Shown one piece after another: positions 21,639 through 30,877 of a stretch of 39,983 bases of DNA (positions within the stretch are counted from its first letter, which is position 1; every line of letters starts with the position of its first letter). The translations under genes were made by a program, and so were the position numbers. The stretch is from Clostridia bacterium (lineage in GTDB: Bacteria > Bacillota > Clostridia > UBA1381 > UBA9506): assembly GCA_045536855.1 (NCBI GenBank), contig JAZSOJ010000153.1:1-39983 (forward strand). Direction: 5' to 3'. The notes below the pieces were generated by a model. The model saw nothing but the letters and a program-made list of their open reading frames with translations, had not been told where the DNA came from and made no database searches.

Positions 21639-22521
21639 TTTTTGTGCGTTCATTCTCTCACACGGCAGGGCGAACAACATAAAGACCCTCAAAGCCTTGC
21701 AGAAAGGCCATTACACAGGTCGCTGGTATATTGTTATCGATAACGAGGATGACCAGGAGGAAGAATACCGAAAGCGTTATCCCGGCCATGTGTTGCAGTT
21801 TGACAAGCTCGCCGTAAGCAAAACCTTCGATACAGCCGATACGGAGGAAAACCGCCGTACCATCGTATACGCCCGAAACGCCTGTTTCGATCTTGCAAGG
21901 GAAGTGGGTTGCAAGTACTTTTTGGAGCTTGACGACGATTATAATGTGTTCGAGCATAAAGTGAGTATCGGCGGAAAGCTGAAAGGGATCCCATGCACGG
22001 ATCTGGATAGACTTTTCACCGCTATGGTCGAATATCTGGAAAGCAGCGGAGCGGTTACGATTGCATTTGCGCAAGGTGGTGACTTCATTGGTGGAAAGGA
22101 TGGTACTGCCGCCAAGAAGGCGCTGCTGCGCAAGGCGATGAACACTTTCTTTTGCTCGGTAGATCGTCCTTTCCAATTCGTTGGTAGAATCAACGAGGAT
22201 GTGAACACCTACACCCGTATGGGTCAGATCGGAAAACTTGTTCTCACGGTCACCGATGTATCCATAACGCAGACCACCACCCAAAAGAATGCCGGCGGCA
22301 TGAGTGGCGTATATATCGACGGTGGAACATACCTCAAGAGCTTCTACAGCGTTTTGTTTTCTCCGTCCTGCGTAACCATCAATGCCATGGGCGACACCCA
22401 TAAGCGCATCCATCACAATGTGCATTGGCGATATTGTGCCGCCCAAATCCTTAACGAGAGATACAAAAAAGGAGGTACCCCATGCCCCGTGGCACACACC
22501 CCAACAGCCTCGCCAACCTGA
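21628..22521 (+). CDS. GT-A-fold glycosyltransferase-like protein (soluble)
   Basis: FILSHGR (beta1), WYIVIDNEDD (beta2 plus acidic), ARNACFDLAREVGCKYFLELDDDY (GT2-like N..A..G..flDDD DxD motif), late NAGGMSGVY. No TM helix. Overlaps the ParB-like gene end and the TerS start. Confidence 0.55.
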   Translation: MRNDFCAFILSHGRANNIKTLKALQKGHYTGRWYIVIDNEDDQEEEYRKRYPGHVLQFDKLAVSKTFDTADTEENRRTIVYARNACFDLAREVGCKYFLELDDDYNVFEHKVSIGGKLKGIPCTDLDRLFTAMVEYLESSGAVTIAFAQGGDFIGGKDGTAAKKALLRKAMNTFFCSVDRPFQFVGRINEDVNTYTRMGQIGKLVLTVTDVSITQTTTQKNAGGMSGVYIDGGTYLKSFYSVLFSPSCVTINAMGDTHKRIHHNVHWRYCAAQILNERYKKGGTPCPVAHTPTASPT

Positions 22522-22847
22522 AAAAGGGCAAGCGATTCGATGGTCACGACGGGTCTGCGAGGAAAGCACAGGAGAAAAGTGCTGCGGCACAGTCCGAACG
22601 CAAGACCCTGCGTGAAGGTCTGCTGCTGCTGCTCTCCGAGGAGTTGAAGAAGGACGGACAGCCCACCGGCAAGACCACGCAGGATGCCATCATTGCCGGT
22701 CTGGTCAAGCGTGCTGTGGCTGGCGATACCCGTGCTTTTGAGATCATCCGGGACACCATCGGCGAAAAGCCCGTGGAGCGCATCGCCAACGTGACACCCG
22801 ATCCTGATGTGATCGCAGATGTGGAAAAGGCGTTGTTTGGAAAATGA
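22482..22847 (+). CDS. terminase small subunit (putative)
   Basis: Strong RBS AAAGGAGG. N-terminal GTHPNSLANLKKGKRF motif; position immediately upstream of TerL. Confidence 0.6.
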   Translation: MPRGTHPNSLANLKKGKRFDGHDGSARKAQEKSAAAQSERKTLREGLLLLLSEELKKDGQPTGKTTQDAIIAGLVKRAVAGDTRAFEIIRDTIGEKPVERIANVTPDPDVIADVEKALFGK

Positions 22848-24091
22848 GTTATTCAAGGGATGATTACATCCGGGTTTTTCGTGATGAACCTGCCCGAATC
22901 GGGCATATGGTAGGGTTCACCGATCTGGGCGAGCTGCACAACCAATGGATGAAGGATATGCTGTACGGCGAAGGCGATATGACCCTGCTGGCGCACCGCC
23001 TGAGCTATAAAACCACCTGCGTTTCGGTTGTGCTTGCTGTGTATGTGGCCTGCCTGCCCAGAATATCCACCATGTTCATGCGCAAAACCGATACCGACGT
23101 GAAGGAAATCATCCACCAGACCAAAAACATTTTGGAAAACCCCAGCTTCGCCCATGCGGTGAAAATGATCATGGGCAAGCCGTTGGAACTGCTGACCGCC
23201 ACTTCCACCGAGATCAACACCAATTTCAACCTGTCCACCCGTGGCACCTCTCAGCTGCTGGGCATTGGCTCCGGCAGCAGCATCACCGGTAAGCACTACG
23301 ACCGCATCTTTACCGATGACATCGTCAACCGGGAGGACAGGGTGAGCGCAGCCGAGCGTGAGCGCATCAATGGCGTTTACATGGAGCTGCAAAACGTGCG
23401 CACCCATAACAGCCGGATCATCAACACCGGCACGCCGTGGCACAAGGAGGATGCCATCAGCACCCTGATGCCCAATGTGCAGCGGTATGACTGTTACTCC
23501 ACCGGCATCATGTCCCCGCAAATGATCGAGGAAAAGCGGCAAAGCATGGCACCGTCCCTTTTCGCCGCCAACTATGAGCTGCAGCACATCGCCGCCGAGA
23601 ACGCCCTGTTTGCTACCGCCCCCGGCAGGACGGATGACATCACCCTGCTGTATGACGGCATCGCCCATGTGGATGCTGCCTATGGCGGCGAGGATGGTAC
23701 CGCATTCACCTGCGGATGCCGCCGGGGCGATACCCTGTACCTCTACGGCAAGCTGTGGCACAAGCACGTGGATACCGTGATGGATTTCATCGCCAGCGAG
23801 TGCAAGCGGCTCAGGTGCGAGCCATTGTATTGCGAGACCAACGCCGACAAGGGCTTTTTCGGGCGGGAAATCCGAAAGCAGGGCATTGTCACCCGCATGT
23901 ATGCCGAGCGTGAAAACAAATACTATAAAATCTCAACGTTTCTCCGCAAATGGTGGGGGAACGTTGTTTTCGTTCAGGGCACCGATCCGGAGTATATCGC
24001 ACAGATCATGGACTATACCGAGGATGCTGCCCACGACGATGCCCCCGACAGCGCAGCCTGTGTCTGCCGCATTTTAGACCGCAGGGAGTGA
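22844..24091 (+). CDS. terL: terminase large subunit
   Basis: Walker A-like LLAHRLSYKTT, Walker B RIFTDDIV, GTPWH. C-terminal nuclease acidic residues (VDAAYGGEDG, DDAPDS). Confidence 0.88.
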   Translation: MSYSRDDYIRVFRDEPARIGHMVGFTDLGELHNQWMKDMLYGEGDMTLLAHRLSYKTTCVSVVLAVYVACLPRISTMFMRKTDTDVKEIIHQTKNILENPSFAHAVKMIMGKPLELLTATSTEINTNFNLSTRGTSQLLGIGSGSSITGKHYDRIFTDDIVNREDRVSAAERERINGVYMELQNVRTHNSRIINTGTPWHKEDAISTLMPNVQRYDCYSTGIMSPQMIEEKRQSMAPSLFAANYELQHIAAENALFATAPGRTDDITLLYDGIAHVDAAYGGEDGTAFTCGCRRGDTLYLYGKLWHKHVDTVMDFIASECKRLRCEPLYCETNADKGFFGREIRKQGIVTRMYAERENKYYKISTFLRKWWGNVVFVQGTDPEYIAQIMDYTEDAAHDDAPDSAACVCRILDRRE

Positions 24092-24096
24092 CCCAT

Positions 24097-25539
24097 ATGT
24101 ACATCAAGCACACATACCAAGACTGGCTCGCCACCCCCGAGGGGAAGCGGCTGGAACTTTTGGAGCAGATCATCGCCTCCTACAAAGGCAGCGACGAATT
24201 CAAGGCCGCCGCCGTGGCTGACGGCTACTATACCGGCGAACACACCGCCGTGGATAGCAAGTACATCCTGAAGCCGCAAAAGGTGACCTACACCGAGGAA
24301 GGCAAGGAAAAGAAATGCACACAGATGGCAGAGGTAAGAGGCAACCGCATCAATTGCGATTTCTTCCGTCGCTTTGTGGTGCAGCGCACCCATTACAGCC
24401 TCGCCAACGGGGTGGTGATCGATGGCAATCCCAGCGAGGATGTGCTGGGCAGCGGTATCGACCACGCCATTTCCACCGCAGCCCAGAAAGCCCAGATTCA
24501 CGGCATCTGCTGGGGCTACTGGAACGCCGACCATCTGGAGATCATCCCGGCATACGATGGCGGCCTGTCCGGCTTCGTGGCTCTGGTGGATGAGCGCACC
24601 AGCCAGCCCATGGTTGGCATCCACTTCTGGCAGCTGGACACGGATCGCCCCCTGTGGGTGCGCCTTTTCGAGACTGACGGCATGACGGAGTACCGCAAGA
24701 CCAAGGATGACAAAAGCCTTGTCGTGCATGCCAAAAAGCGCACCTATAAGCAAACCATTGCCACTGATGCCGCCGGGTCTGAGGTGGTGGGCGGCACCAA
24801 TTACGGTGCTTTGCCCGTCGTGCCGCTGTATGCCAACGAGATGCAGCGCAGCACCCTGACCCCCGCCATCAAGCGCAAGATCGACGCTTACGATGTGATC
24901 ACCAGCGACTTTGCCGACAATCTGGAACAGGCCAACGAAATCTATTGGGTATTGAATAATTTTGGCGGCACCCAATCCGATATTGCCGAAACGCTGGAAA
25001 CCATCCACAGGCTGAAAGCCATCGCTAATGTGAGCGACGGCATGGGCAGCAGCACCGTGGAGGCCAAGTCTTTCGATGTTCCCTATGCTGCCCGTCAGAC
25101 CGCCATCGCCCTGCTGACCGAGACCCTGCACGATGATGCCATGATCGTCAACCTGAAAGAGATCACCGGCGGTAGCCTGACCAACGTTGCCATTGAGACC
25201 GCATTCACCCGCATGGATTTGGGTGCGGATGAGCTGGAATGGCAAGTGTTCGCCTTTGTGCAGCAGCTGCTTCGCCTCAATGGTGTGGATACCGAGGACA
25301 TCACTTTCAAGCGTGCCCGGCTTTTCAACACTTCCGAGACCATCCAGAATATCTATTTGATGCGCCAAGACATCTCCCGGCGCACCGCCCTGACCCTGAA
25401 TCCCATGATCGCCGCCGATGAGGTAGACCAGATCATGCAGGAGTCCGACGAGGAACAGGCCGCCAGCCGGGAGATGGCTGCCATCGCTGCTGCTGTAGAC
25501 AACGAAATGGAGGACGAAGATGATCCTGCTGCCGAATGA
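24097..25539 (+). CDS. portal protein
   Basis: ATG 24097 follows GGGAG. 480 aa directly after TerL; acidic C-terminus. Confidence 0.8.
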   Translation: MYIKHTYQDWLATPEGKRLELLEQIIASYKGSDEFKAAAVADGYYTGEHTAVDSKYILKPQKVTYTEEGKEKKCTQMAEVRGNRINCDFFRRFVVQRTHYSLANGVVIDGNPSEDVLGSGIDHAISTAAQKAQIHGICWGYWNADHLEIIPAYDGGLSGFVALVDERTSQPMVGIHFWQLDTDRPLWVRLFETDGMTEYRKTKDDKSLVVHAKKRTYKQTIATDAAGSEVVGGTNYGALPVVPLYANEMQRSTLTPAIKRKIDAYDVITSDFADNLEQANEIYWVLNNFGGTQSDIAETLETIHRLKAIANVSDGMGSSTVEAKSFDVPYAARQTAIALLTETLHDDAMIVNLKEITGGSLTNVAIETAFTRMDLGADELEWQVFAFVQQLLRLNGVDTEDITFKRARLFNTSETIQNIYLMRQDISRRTALTLNPMIAADEVDQIMQESDEEQAASREMAAIAAAVDNEMEDEDDPAAE

Positions 25540-26326
25540 GGATAAAAAGCTGGAGGATTGGGAGGAGAAGCGAGCCAACCACACCTCCCGGGATATCACC
25601 AAGCACTATGCTGCCGCCGCCAAGCTGGTGGCCAAGGAAATGAAAGCCGTTTTCAAGCGCATGAAAGCTTTTGACGATCCTCCCGCCCCCATGGATCTGG
25701 CTACCGCCACCCTGCGCAAGTGGAGATTTTCCCACCGTGCCGAAGTGTTGCGCACCAGCGAGGAAGTGGACAAAAGCGCCGGATGGCTGGCTGAGGTAGG
25801 CAAGTACGCCGCCCCCATCGTGGTTGAGCTATGCATGGAGATCTACAATCGCAATTCCTACAACGGGCATTTCCAGCCGGAGCGCTGGGCAGATGAGTTT
25901 TTCAGCGACTACAGCAAGCCCAAGACCTTCGGTGACATCCTGCGCAACGGTTTCGGGCTGCTGATGGGCGGCAAGCATGCCCTGCGGCAGTATGGCAAGC
26001 GACTGTCCGAGCTGCTGGATTCCATCGCCAGCAAGGCCGTCAATGTGGTGCATGGTGCCGCCAAACGTGCCCAGAATTGGGCGCGGATGCAATGGATCAG
26101 GGCAGTCAATGCCATCACTGGCGAGCTGTGGGGCAAGGGCTGGGATACCCAGCAGGACAACCGGGTGCGCGAATCCCACGAGCCGATGAACGGTCAGGTT
26201 CGCCGCTGGGATGAGCCATTCATCACCGGCGACGGAAATTATTTGATGTATCCCGGCGACACTTCCGCACCCATCAAGGAGTGGATTCGCTGCCGCTGCA
26301 ACCTGCGCCGGGTCAGGCTGGTGTGA
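25520..26326 (+). CDS. head morphogenesis protein (SPP1 gp7 / Mu F family)
   Basis: WDTQQDNRVRESHEPMNGQV...YPGDTSAPIKEWIRCRCNL is the typical Mu F/gp7 C-terminal motif. Confidence 0.8.
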   Translation: MILLPNEDKKLEDWEEKRANHTSRDITKHYAAAAKLVAKEMKAVFKRMKAFDDPPAPMDLATATLRKWRFSHRAEVLRTSEEVDKSAGWLAEVGKYAAPIVVELCMEIYNRNSYNGHFQPERWADEFFSDYSKPKTFGDILRNGFGLLMGGKHALRQYGKRLSELLDSIASKAVNVVHGAAKRAQNWARMQWIRAVNAITGELWGKGWDTQQDNRVRESHEPMNGQVRRWDEPFITGDGNYLMYPGDTSAPIKEWIRCRCNLRRVRLV

Positions 26327-26330
26327 TGAC

Positions 26331-26747
26331 ATGGCCTACACCCTCAAGAATCATCTGGACACCGTTTTGTACACGCTGGACGGCAACGCCCCCATAGCCA
26401 TGCAAAAGGCTGGTGAGATCGCCGTGGAGGCTATCCAGAAGAAGATGCTGTACGGCTACCAAACGCCCCACGGCAGAGACCACCACACCGAGATCGTGGA
26501 CACAGGCCGCCTATATGACAGCATCACTGCCGATGTGCAAAAAGTGTCCGAAAATACATGGGTTACCACCGCCGGAGCTTCCAGCGAGGCAGGCCGCATG
26601 GAGGATGTGAGCTATGCCGGATACGTACACGACGGAACCGCCAAGCTGGAAGGGCGACCATTCATCCGGGATGCCCTTTTTGATCAAGAGACCCAGAAAG
26701 CCATCGAGCAAGAGTTTGTAACCGAACTGCGCAAGGGCTTTGAATAA
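26331..26747 (+). CDS. HK97 gp10-family neck/tail-completion-like protein
   Basis: VDTGRLYDSI...YAGYVHDGT...GRPFIRDA pattern. Confidence 0.6.
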   Translation: MAYTLKNHLDTVLYTLDGNAPIAMQKAGEIAVEAIQKKMLYGYQTPHGRDHHTEIVDTGRLYDSITADVQKVSENTWVTTAGASSEAGRMEDVSYAGYVHDGTAKLEGRPFIRDALFDQETQKAIEQEFVTELRKGFE

Positions 26748-26759
26748 CCACAGCAACCA

Positions 26760-26792
26760 CAGCCGAGAGCGAAGCACCGCTCCCGGCTGTTT
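26760..26792 (+). terminator. stem-loop, possible partial terminator before the scaffold and capsid genes
   Basis: CAGCCG-A-GAGCG / CGCTC-C-CGGCTG (11 bp, one mismatch) followed by TTTGCATATTT. Confidence 0.35.
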
Positions 26793-26848
26793 GCATATTT
26801 ACAACACATCGTGGCAGTACGCCACCCTGAGAAAAGGAGAATGTGACC

Positions 26849-27466
26849 ATGGCACTTCCCAAGAAGCAGCTGAAGGAAAAGCTTGCAAACATGACCCCCG
26901 AGACCATCGACGAGACCGTGAAATGGATCCTTGATGGCCACACCGCCTCCCTCGAAGCCGTGCAGGAAGACAGGGACACCTACAAGGCCAAGGCCGATCA
27001 GTATGACACCGTCGCCAAAGAACGCGACGATTACAAAAAGCAGGCCGAGGCCGCCGGAAATGCCGCCGAGGTGAAGAAAGAATTCGACACCTACAAGGCC
27101 AATGTGGAAGCCGAGCGCAAAGCCGCCAAGACCGCCGCTGATGTGGATGCCCTGCTGAAAGAAGCCGGAATCAACCGGGATTCCTTCCGGGCTGCCGTCG
27201 CAAAGTCCTACGACGCTTCCAAGATCACCTATGCCGAGGATGGCAGCATCTCCAACCGTGCCGAACTGGTGCAGGGCATCAAGACCGACTATGCCGATTT
27301 CCTGTCCACAGCCACCACCACCGGCACGCCCCCCATCACCCCGCCCACCGGCGGCAAAGCCGGAGGCATGACCAAAGACGAGATCATGGCGATCAGGGAT
27401 CCCGAAGCCCGTCAGGCTGAAATCATCAGGAATCCCGCCGCTTTCGGTCTCTCTTTTTTCGAGTAA
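26849..27466 (+). CDS. scaffolding protein
   Basis: ATG 26849 sits 8 nt after AAAGGAGA. Charged coiled-coil sequence. Immediately upstream of the major capsid gene. Confidence 0.7.
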   Translation: MALPKKQLKEKLANMTPETIDETVKWILDGHTASLEAVQEDRDTYKAKADQYDTVAKERDDYKKQAEAAGNAAEVKKEFDTYKANVEAERKAAKTAADVDALLKEAGINRDSFRAAVAKSYDASKITYAEDGSISNRAELVQGIKTDYADFLSTATTTGTPPITPPTGGKAGGMTKDEIMAIRDPEARQAEIIRNPAAFGLSFFE

Positions 27467-27480
27467 AGGAGCGATAAGCA

Positions 27481-28425
27481 ATGGCTAATGTTCTTACTAC
27501 CGCTGAAACCAATCTGATTACCACCGCCGAAATGGCACGTGTTCGTGAGGTGGACTTCGTTACCCAGTTCACCCACAATTCCCTTGCCAAGTTCATGGAG
27601 GTGCTGGGCGTTACCCGCCGCATCCCCATGATGGAAGGCACCACCATGTATCTGTACACCACCGATGGCACCCTCCAGGATGGTGCTGTGCCCGAGGGCG
27701 AGATCATCCCTCTGAGCCAGTTCAAGACCACCAAGACCCCCATCGGTGAAATCGACATTCACAAGTGGCGCAGGGCCTCCAGCGCGGAATCCATCAAGAA
27801 GTCCGGCTACAATGCCGCTGTGCGTGATACCGATTCTGTTTTGCTGCGCATGGTGCAGAAAGGCATTCGCGCCGACATGTTCGGCTTCTTGAATGGCGAA
27901 ATCGCAGGCTCCACCGCTGCTACCGGCGGCAACCTGCAGGCCGCCCTCGCCAACGCTTGGGCACAGATTCAGATCAAGTTCGAGGATGACACCGCCGCGG
28001 CTGTGTATTTCGTCAACCCTCTGGATATTGCCTCTTACCTCGGCAGCGCCAACATCACTACTCAGACCGCTTTCGGCATGAACTATGTCGAGGACTTCCT
28101 TGGTCTGGGTACTGTGATCATTTCCTCCCAGATTGCTCAGGGTACCTTCATCGCCACCGCCAAGGAAAATCTGATTGTATATTACCTCACCATGAACGGC
28201 GATGTCGCCAATGCTTTCGGCCTCACGGCTGATGAAACCGGCTTTATCGGCATCAAGTCCGGCTATGTGAATGAGGAACGCGCCCAGATCGAATCTCTGG
28301 TGATGTCCGGCATCCAGTTCCTTGTGGAGTATGCTGCTGGCGTTGTCAAGGGCACTATCGGCGAAGGTGCTGGCGACGGTGATGCTGGCGACGAAGGTGC
28401 TGGCGACGAAGAGCAGGGGGAATGA
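27481..28425 (+). CDS. major capsid protein
   Basis: 314 aa after the scaffold gene; strong RBS AAAGGAG. Acidic Gly-rich C-terminal tail. Confidence 0.8.
   Translation: MANVLTTAETNLITTAEMARVREVDFVTQFTHNSLAKFMEVLGVTRRIPMMEGTTMYLYTTDGTLQDGAVPEGEIIPLSQFKTTKTPIGEIDIHKWRRASSAESIKKSGYNAAVRDTDSVLLRMVQKGIRADMFGFLNGEIAGSTAATGGNLQAALANAWAQIQIKFEDDTAAAVYFVNPLDIASYLGSANITTQTAFGMNYVEDFLGLGTVIISSQIAQGTFIATAKENLIVYYLTMNGDVANAFGLTADETGFIGIKSGYVNEERAQIESLVMSGIQFLVEYAAGVVKGTIGEGAGDGDAGDEGAGDEEQGE
28366..28410 (+). repeat. 3 x 15-nt tandem repeat encoding the capsid C-terminal tail
   Basis: GGTGCTGGCGACGGT / GATGCTGGCGACGAA / GGTGCTGGCGACGAA, encoding GAGDG-DAGDE-GAGDE. Confidence 0.8.
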
Positions 28426-28592
28426 TTGAGCTGTTGAGCCAGCCCGCACCCGATGATGCCGTGGATCTCTCCAGCATGACCAAAAACGAGCTTTTGGCCT
28501 ATGCACAGGAGCACGGAATCACGGGTGTCAACAGCTCTATGCTCAAGGCTGATATTTATGCGGTCGTCGCCGCCGCAATAGGGGAGGAATAA
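28422..28592 (+). CDS. small protein with a Rho-N/SAP-like helix-extended-helix motif (56 aa, below the track cutoff)
   Basis: ATGA overlap with the capsid stop. LSSMTKNELLAYAQEHGITGVNSSMLKADIYAVV. Confidence 0.5.
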   Translation: MIELLSQPAPDDAVDLSSMTKNELLAYAQEHGITGVNSSMLKADIYAVVAAAIGEE

Positions 28593-28595
28593 CCG

Positions 28596-29048
28596 ATGGT
28601 AACCGTCGCTGATGTGATGCGGCAATGCAATAACTACTTTGAAACCGGCTATCGTGCCACCAACTACAACATCAGCGGCGGTGTTCTCTCCCCCAATGAT
28701 GTGCTGAGACCGGGGATGTGGATTCACATCTCCGGCTCTTTCTTTTGGGATGGCGTGTGGAAGATCGGCGAGGGCTGGAAGCTGGAAGGCGCAAAGGACG
28801 ATGCACAGGATGATGCTTTCTATGGGAAAATTCATTTCCTCGCCCCGCCCCATGACTTCCTGAACCTTTGCGAGGAAATCGCCGCCTATACCGAAAAATT
28901 CGCTGTTTCGCCCTACCAAAGCGAGACCTTTGGCGAATACTCCAACACAAAGGCAACCGGCAAAAACGGCGGCATTCTGGGCTGGCAGGAGGCATTCGCC
29001 GACAGGCTGCGCCCGTATCGCCGTATGTTCACGGAGGTGGGGTGCTGA
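28596..29048 (+). CDS. head-tail connector/adaptor protein (putative)
   Basis: Position and strong RBS GGGGAGGA. No motif recognised. Confidence 0.5.
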   Translation: MVTVADVMRQCNNYFETGYRATNYNISGGVLSPNDVLRPGMWIHISGSFFWDGVWKIGEGWKLEGAKDDAQDDAFYGKIHFLAPPHDFLNLCEEIAAYTEKFAVSPYQSETFGEYSNTKATGKNGGILGWQEAFADRLRPYRRMFTEVGC

Positions 29049-29395
29049 TGGCGCTGGTGGATTTTCTGAATGACGATCTCGCCATCATGGACAAAGTAAG
29101 CCAGTCCGATGGGCAGGGCGGCTTTGTCTGGGTGTGGCAGGAGGGCGTGCATTTCACCGGCAAGGCTTTGCGCAAAACCAGCGACACCATCCTGATTGCG
29201 CAGCAGCAGGGCATGAAAGAGATTTACACCATCACCACCTTGGCGGCTGTGCCGCTGGATCGTGGCGATTATGTCAAGCGCATGCGTGACGGTATCATCT
29301 TGCGGGTGACCAGCGATCCCATGGACGCTACCATGCTACCCGCTGACAGTGAGGTGAAATGCCTGCTGGTGACCGCCGAAAGGACGGTGTTGTGA
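29048..29395 (+). CDS. head closure / head-tail adaptor protein (putative)
   Basis: ATG overlaps the upstream TGA. ~115 aa beta-rich protein in the neck position. Confidence 0.5.
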   Translation: MALVDFLNDDLAIMDKVSQSDGQGGFVWVWQEGVHFTGKALRKTSDTILIAQQQGMKEIYTITTLAAVPLDRGDYVKRMRDGIILRVTSDPMDATMLPADSEVKCLLVTAERTVL

Positions 29396-29844
29396 TGGCC
29401 TCCTATATGGACATCTCCCAAGCCCTGTATCAGTTCTGGTCTCAGTTCTCCTATGGCGGCATGCCCATCCCAGCCTACCGGCAGGGCTATGTGCCGGAGG
29501 ACGCAAATGGAAACGTGATTGCCCCTTTCCCGTACATCACGTTTTCCGCAAATCTGGGCGATTTCAACCGGGAAACCGTGCTGACCGCCTTTGTCTGGTG
29601 CCGCCAGACCGAAGGCCTGAACGTGAACGCCCAGCGGGCTGCCATCCTCGACCAGATCGCCCAGCAGATTCCCCCGCAGGTGGGCAGATTGTGGCGGCTT
29701 GCCAACGGCGGCGCTATGTGGCTAAGCCGCAACGTGGAATTCCTGAGCGATTACACCCCGCCCACCACCGAAAACAATGCGACATCCGTCGATGCTGAAC
29801 CCATCATCGGGGGCCGCATTTCCTACATTCTGAGAACATTCTGA
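29395..29844 (+). CDS. tail terminator / neck protein (putative)
   Basis: ATGA-type overlap. Position immediately before the major tail protein. Confidence 0.45.
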   Translation: MASYMDISQALYQFWSQFSYGGMPIPAYRQGYVPEDANGNVIAPFPYITFSANLGDFNRETVLTAFVWCRQTEGLNVNAQRAAILDQIAQQIPPQVGRLWRLANGGAMWLSRNVEFLSDYTPPTTENNATSVDAEPIIGGRISYILRTF

Positions 29845-29857
29845 GAGGTGATTTTTT

Positions 29858-30484
29858 ATGGCAGACAGCACTCTGTCTATGGTAACCCCTATCACCGCCG
29901 AAACCTTTAACCGGCTGAACTACAATGCCGGTATTCTGCTGCACGATTTTGACTTCAGCAGCGCCACCGATGCCGCCAGCCTGATGGCCTTGATCATCCT
30001 GCCGGAAACCCAGCAAAATTGTTGGTTCGGCGCTACCAAGGGCGGCATCAACGTGCAAGAGAACCGCAGCACGTGGTCGCCGTCTATGGATGGCAAACGC
30101 CTCCCCTTTGTTGGCGAAACCCAGTTTGACACCGCCGCCCCCAAAATCACCGGGACGCTGGTGGAGTACACCCCCAAAAACATCAAGGCCGTTTCTGGTG
30201 CTGCCACCATCGATGTACAGGAATTGATCACCACCATTCAGCCCCGGGCGACGATCAAGAGAGGCGACCACTTTCAAAACATAGTTTTCATCAGCAACAA
30301 CGGTACTGATGGCCTGTATACGGTTGAGATCGATAATGCCTTGTGCACCAGCGGTATGAATGGTCAGAGCACCGACAAGGATATTGGAATCTTGTTTTTT
30401 GAGTTCACCGCCTACAGCAATAGTCCCCGTTTCACCGATGAGCTGCCCATCCGGTATAAGTTCTTCGGTGTGCCTGCTGAATGA
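29858..30484 (+). CDS. major tail (tube) protein
   Basis: 208 aa; RBS GAGAGGTGA. Precedes the chaperone G/G-T pair and the tape measure. Confidence 0.7.
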   Translation: MADSTLSMVTPITAETFNRLNYNAGILLHDFDFSSATDAASLMALIILPETQQNCWFGATKGGINVQENRSTWSPSMDGKRLPFVGETQFDTAAPKITGTLVEYTPKNIKAVSGAATIDVQELITTIQPRATIKRGDHFQNIVFISNNGTDGLYTVEIDNALCTSGMNGQSTDKDIGILFFEFTAYSNSPRFTDELPIRYKFFGVPAE

Positions 30485-30489
30485 TTCAC

Positions 30490-30525
30490 GCTGGCGTAGG
30501 TATCCACTGCGCCAGCATCTTTTTG
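30490..30525 (+). terminator. stem-loop plus T tract after the major tail gene (probably a partial terminator)
   Basis: GCTGGCG (30490-30496) pairs with CGCCAGC (30510-30516), followed by ATCTTTTT. Confidence 0.45.
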
Positions 30526-30544
30526 AAAACAGGAGGAACCCATC

Positions 30545-30877
30545 ATGAAAATCAGTGCCTTGAACACCACGGACGGCTTTGCATTGATGCAGAAGATCGT
30601 CCCCGCCACCGCCAAAATTCTTGAGGATGCGGACATCATCAACGCCAAAGCCCTTCTGACCAGCAAGGACGGCGCGGAGATTGCCGCCAAGGTGACCCCC
30701 GTTCTGCTGAAAAACCACATGGATGATGTGATCCAGTTGGTTGCCATCATGCAGGACAGCACTCCCGAGAAAGTGGCAGCCCAGCCCATCGGCAGCACCG
30801 TAGAAACCCTGTCGGAGGGCATCAAGCTGTTCTCCGGTTTTTTTACTGCCTCGCTGCATTTGGTCGCCAGCGCGTAA
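30545..30877 (+). CDS. tail assembly chaperone (gpG-like)
   Basis: 110 aa between the tail tube and tape measure genes. Contains the slippery T7 near its 3' end. Confidence 0.75.
   Translation: MKISALNTTDGFALMQKIVPATAKILEDADIINAKALLTSKDGAEIAAKVTPVLLKNHMDDVIQLVAIMQDSTPEKVAAQPIGSTVETLSEGIKLFSGFFTASLHLVASA

Noticed and set aside
22853-25602. 304-aa and 529-aa minus-strand ORFs across the TerL and portal genes
   Set aside because: The TerL and portal assignments on the plus strand are secure. The antisense ORFs are products of strong GC3 bias suppressing stop codons.
27412-28919. 364-aa and 218-aa minus-strand ORFs across the capsid region, including a SSSPAPSSPASPSPAPSP stretch
   Set aside because: They are the mirror image of the capsid gene and its 15-nt tandem repeat, not an independent Pro-rich protein.
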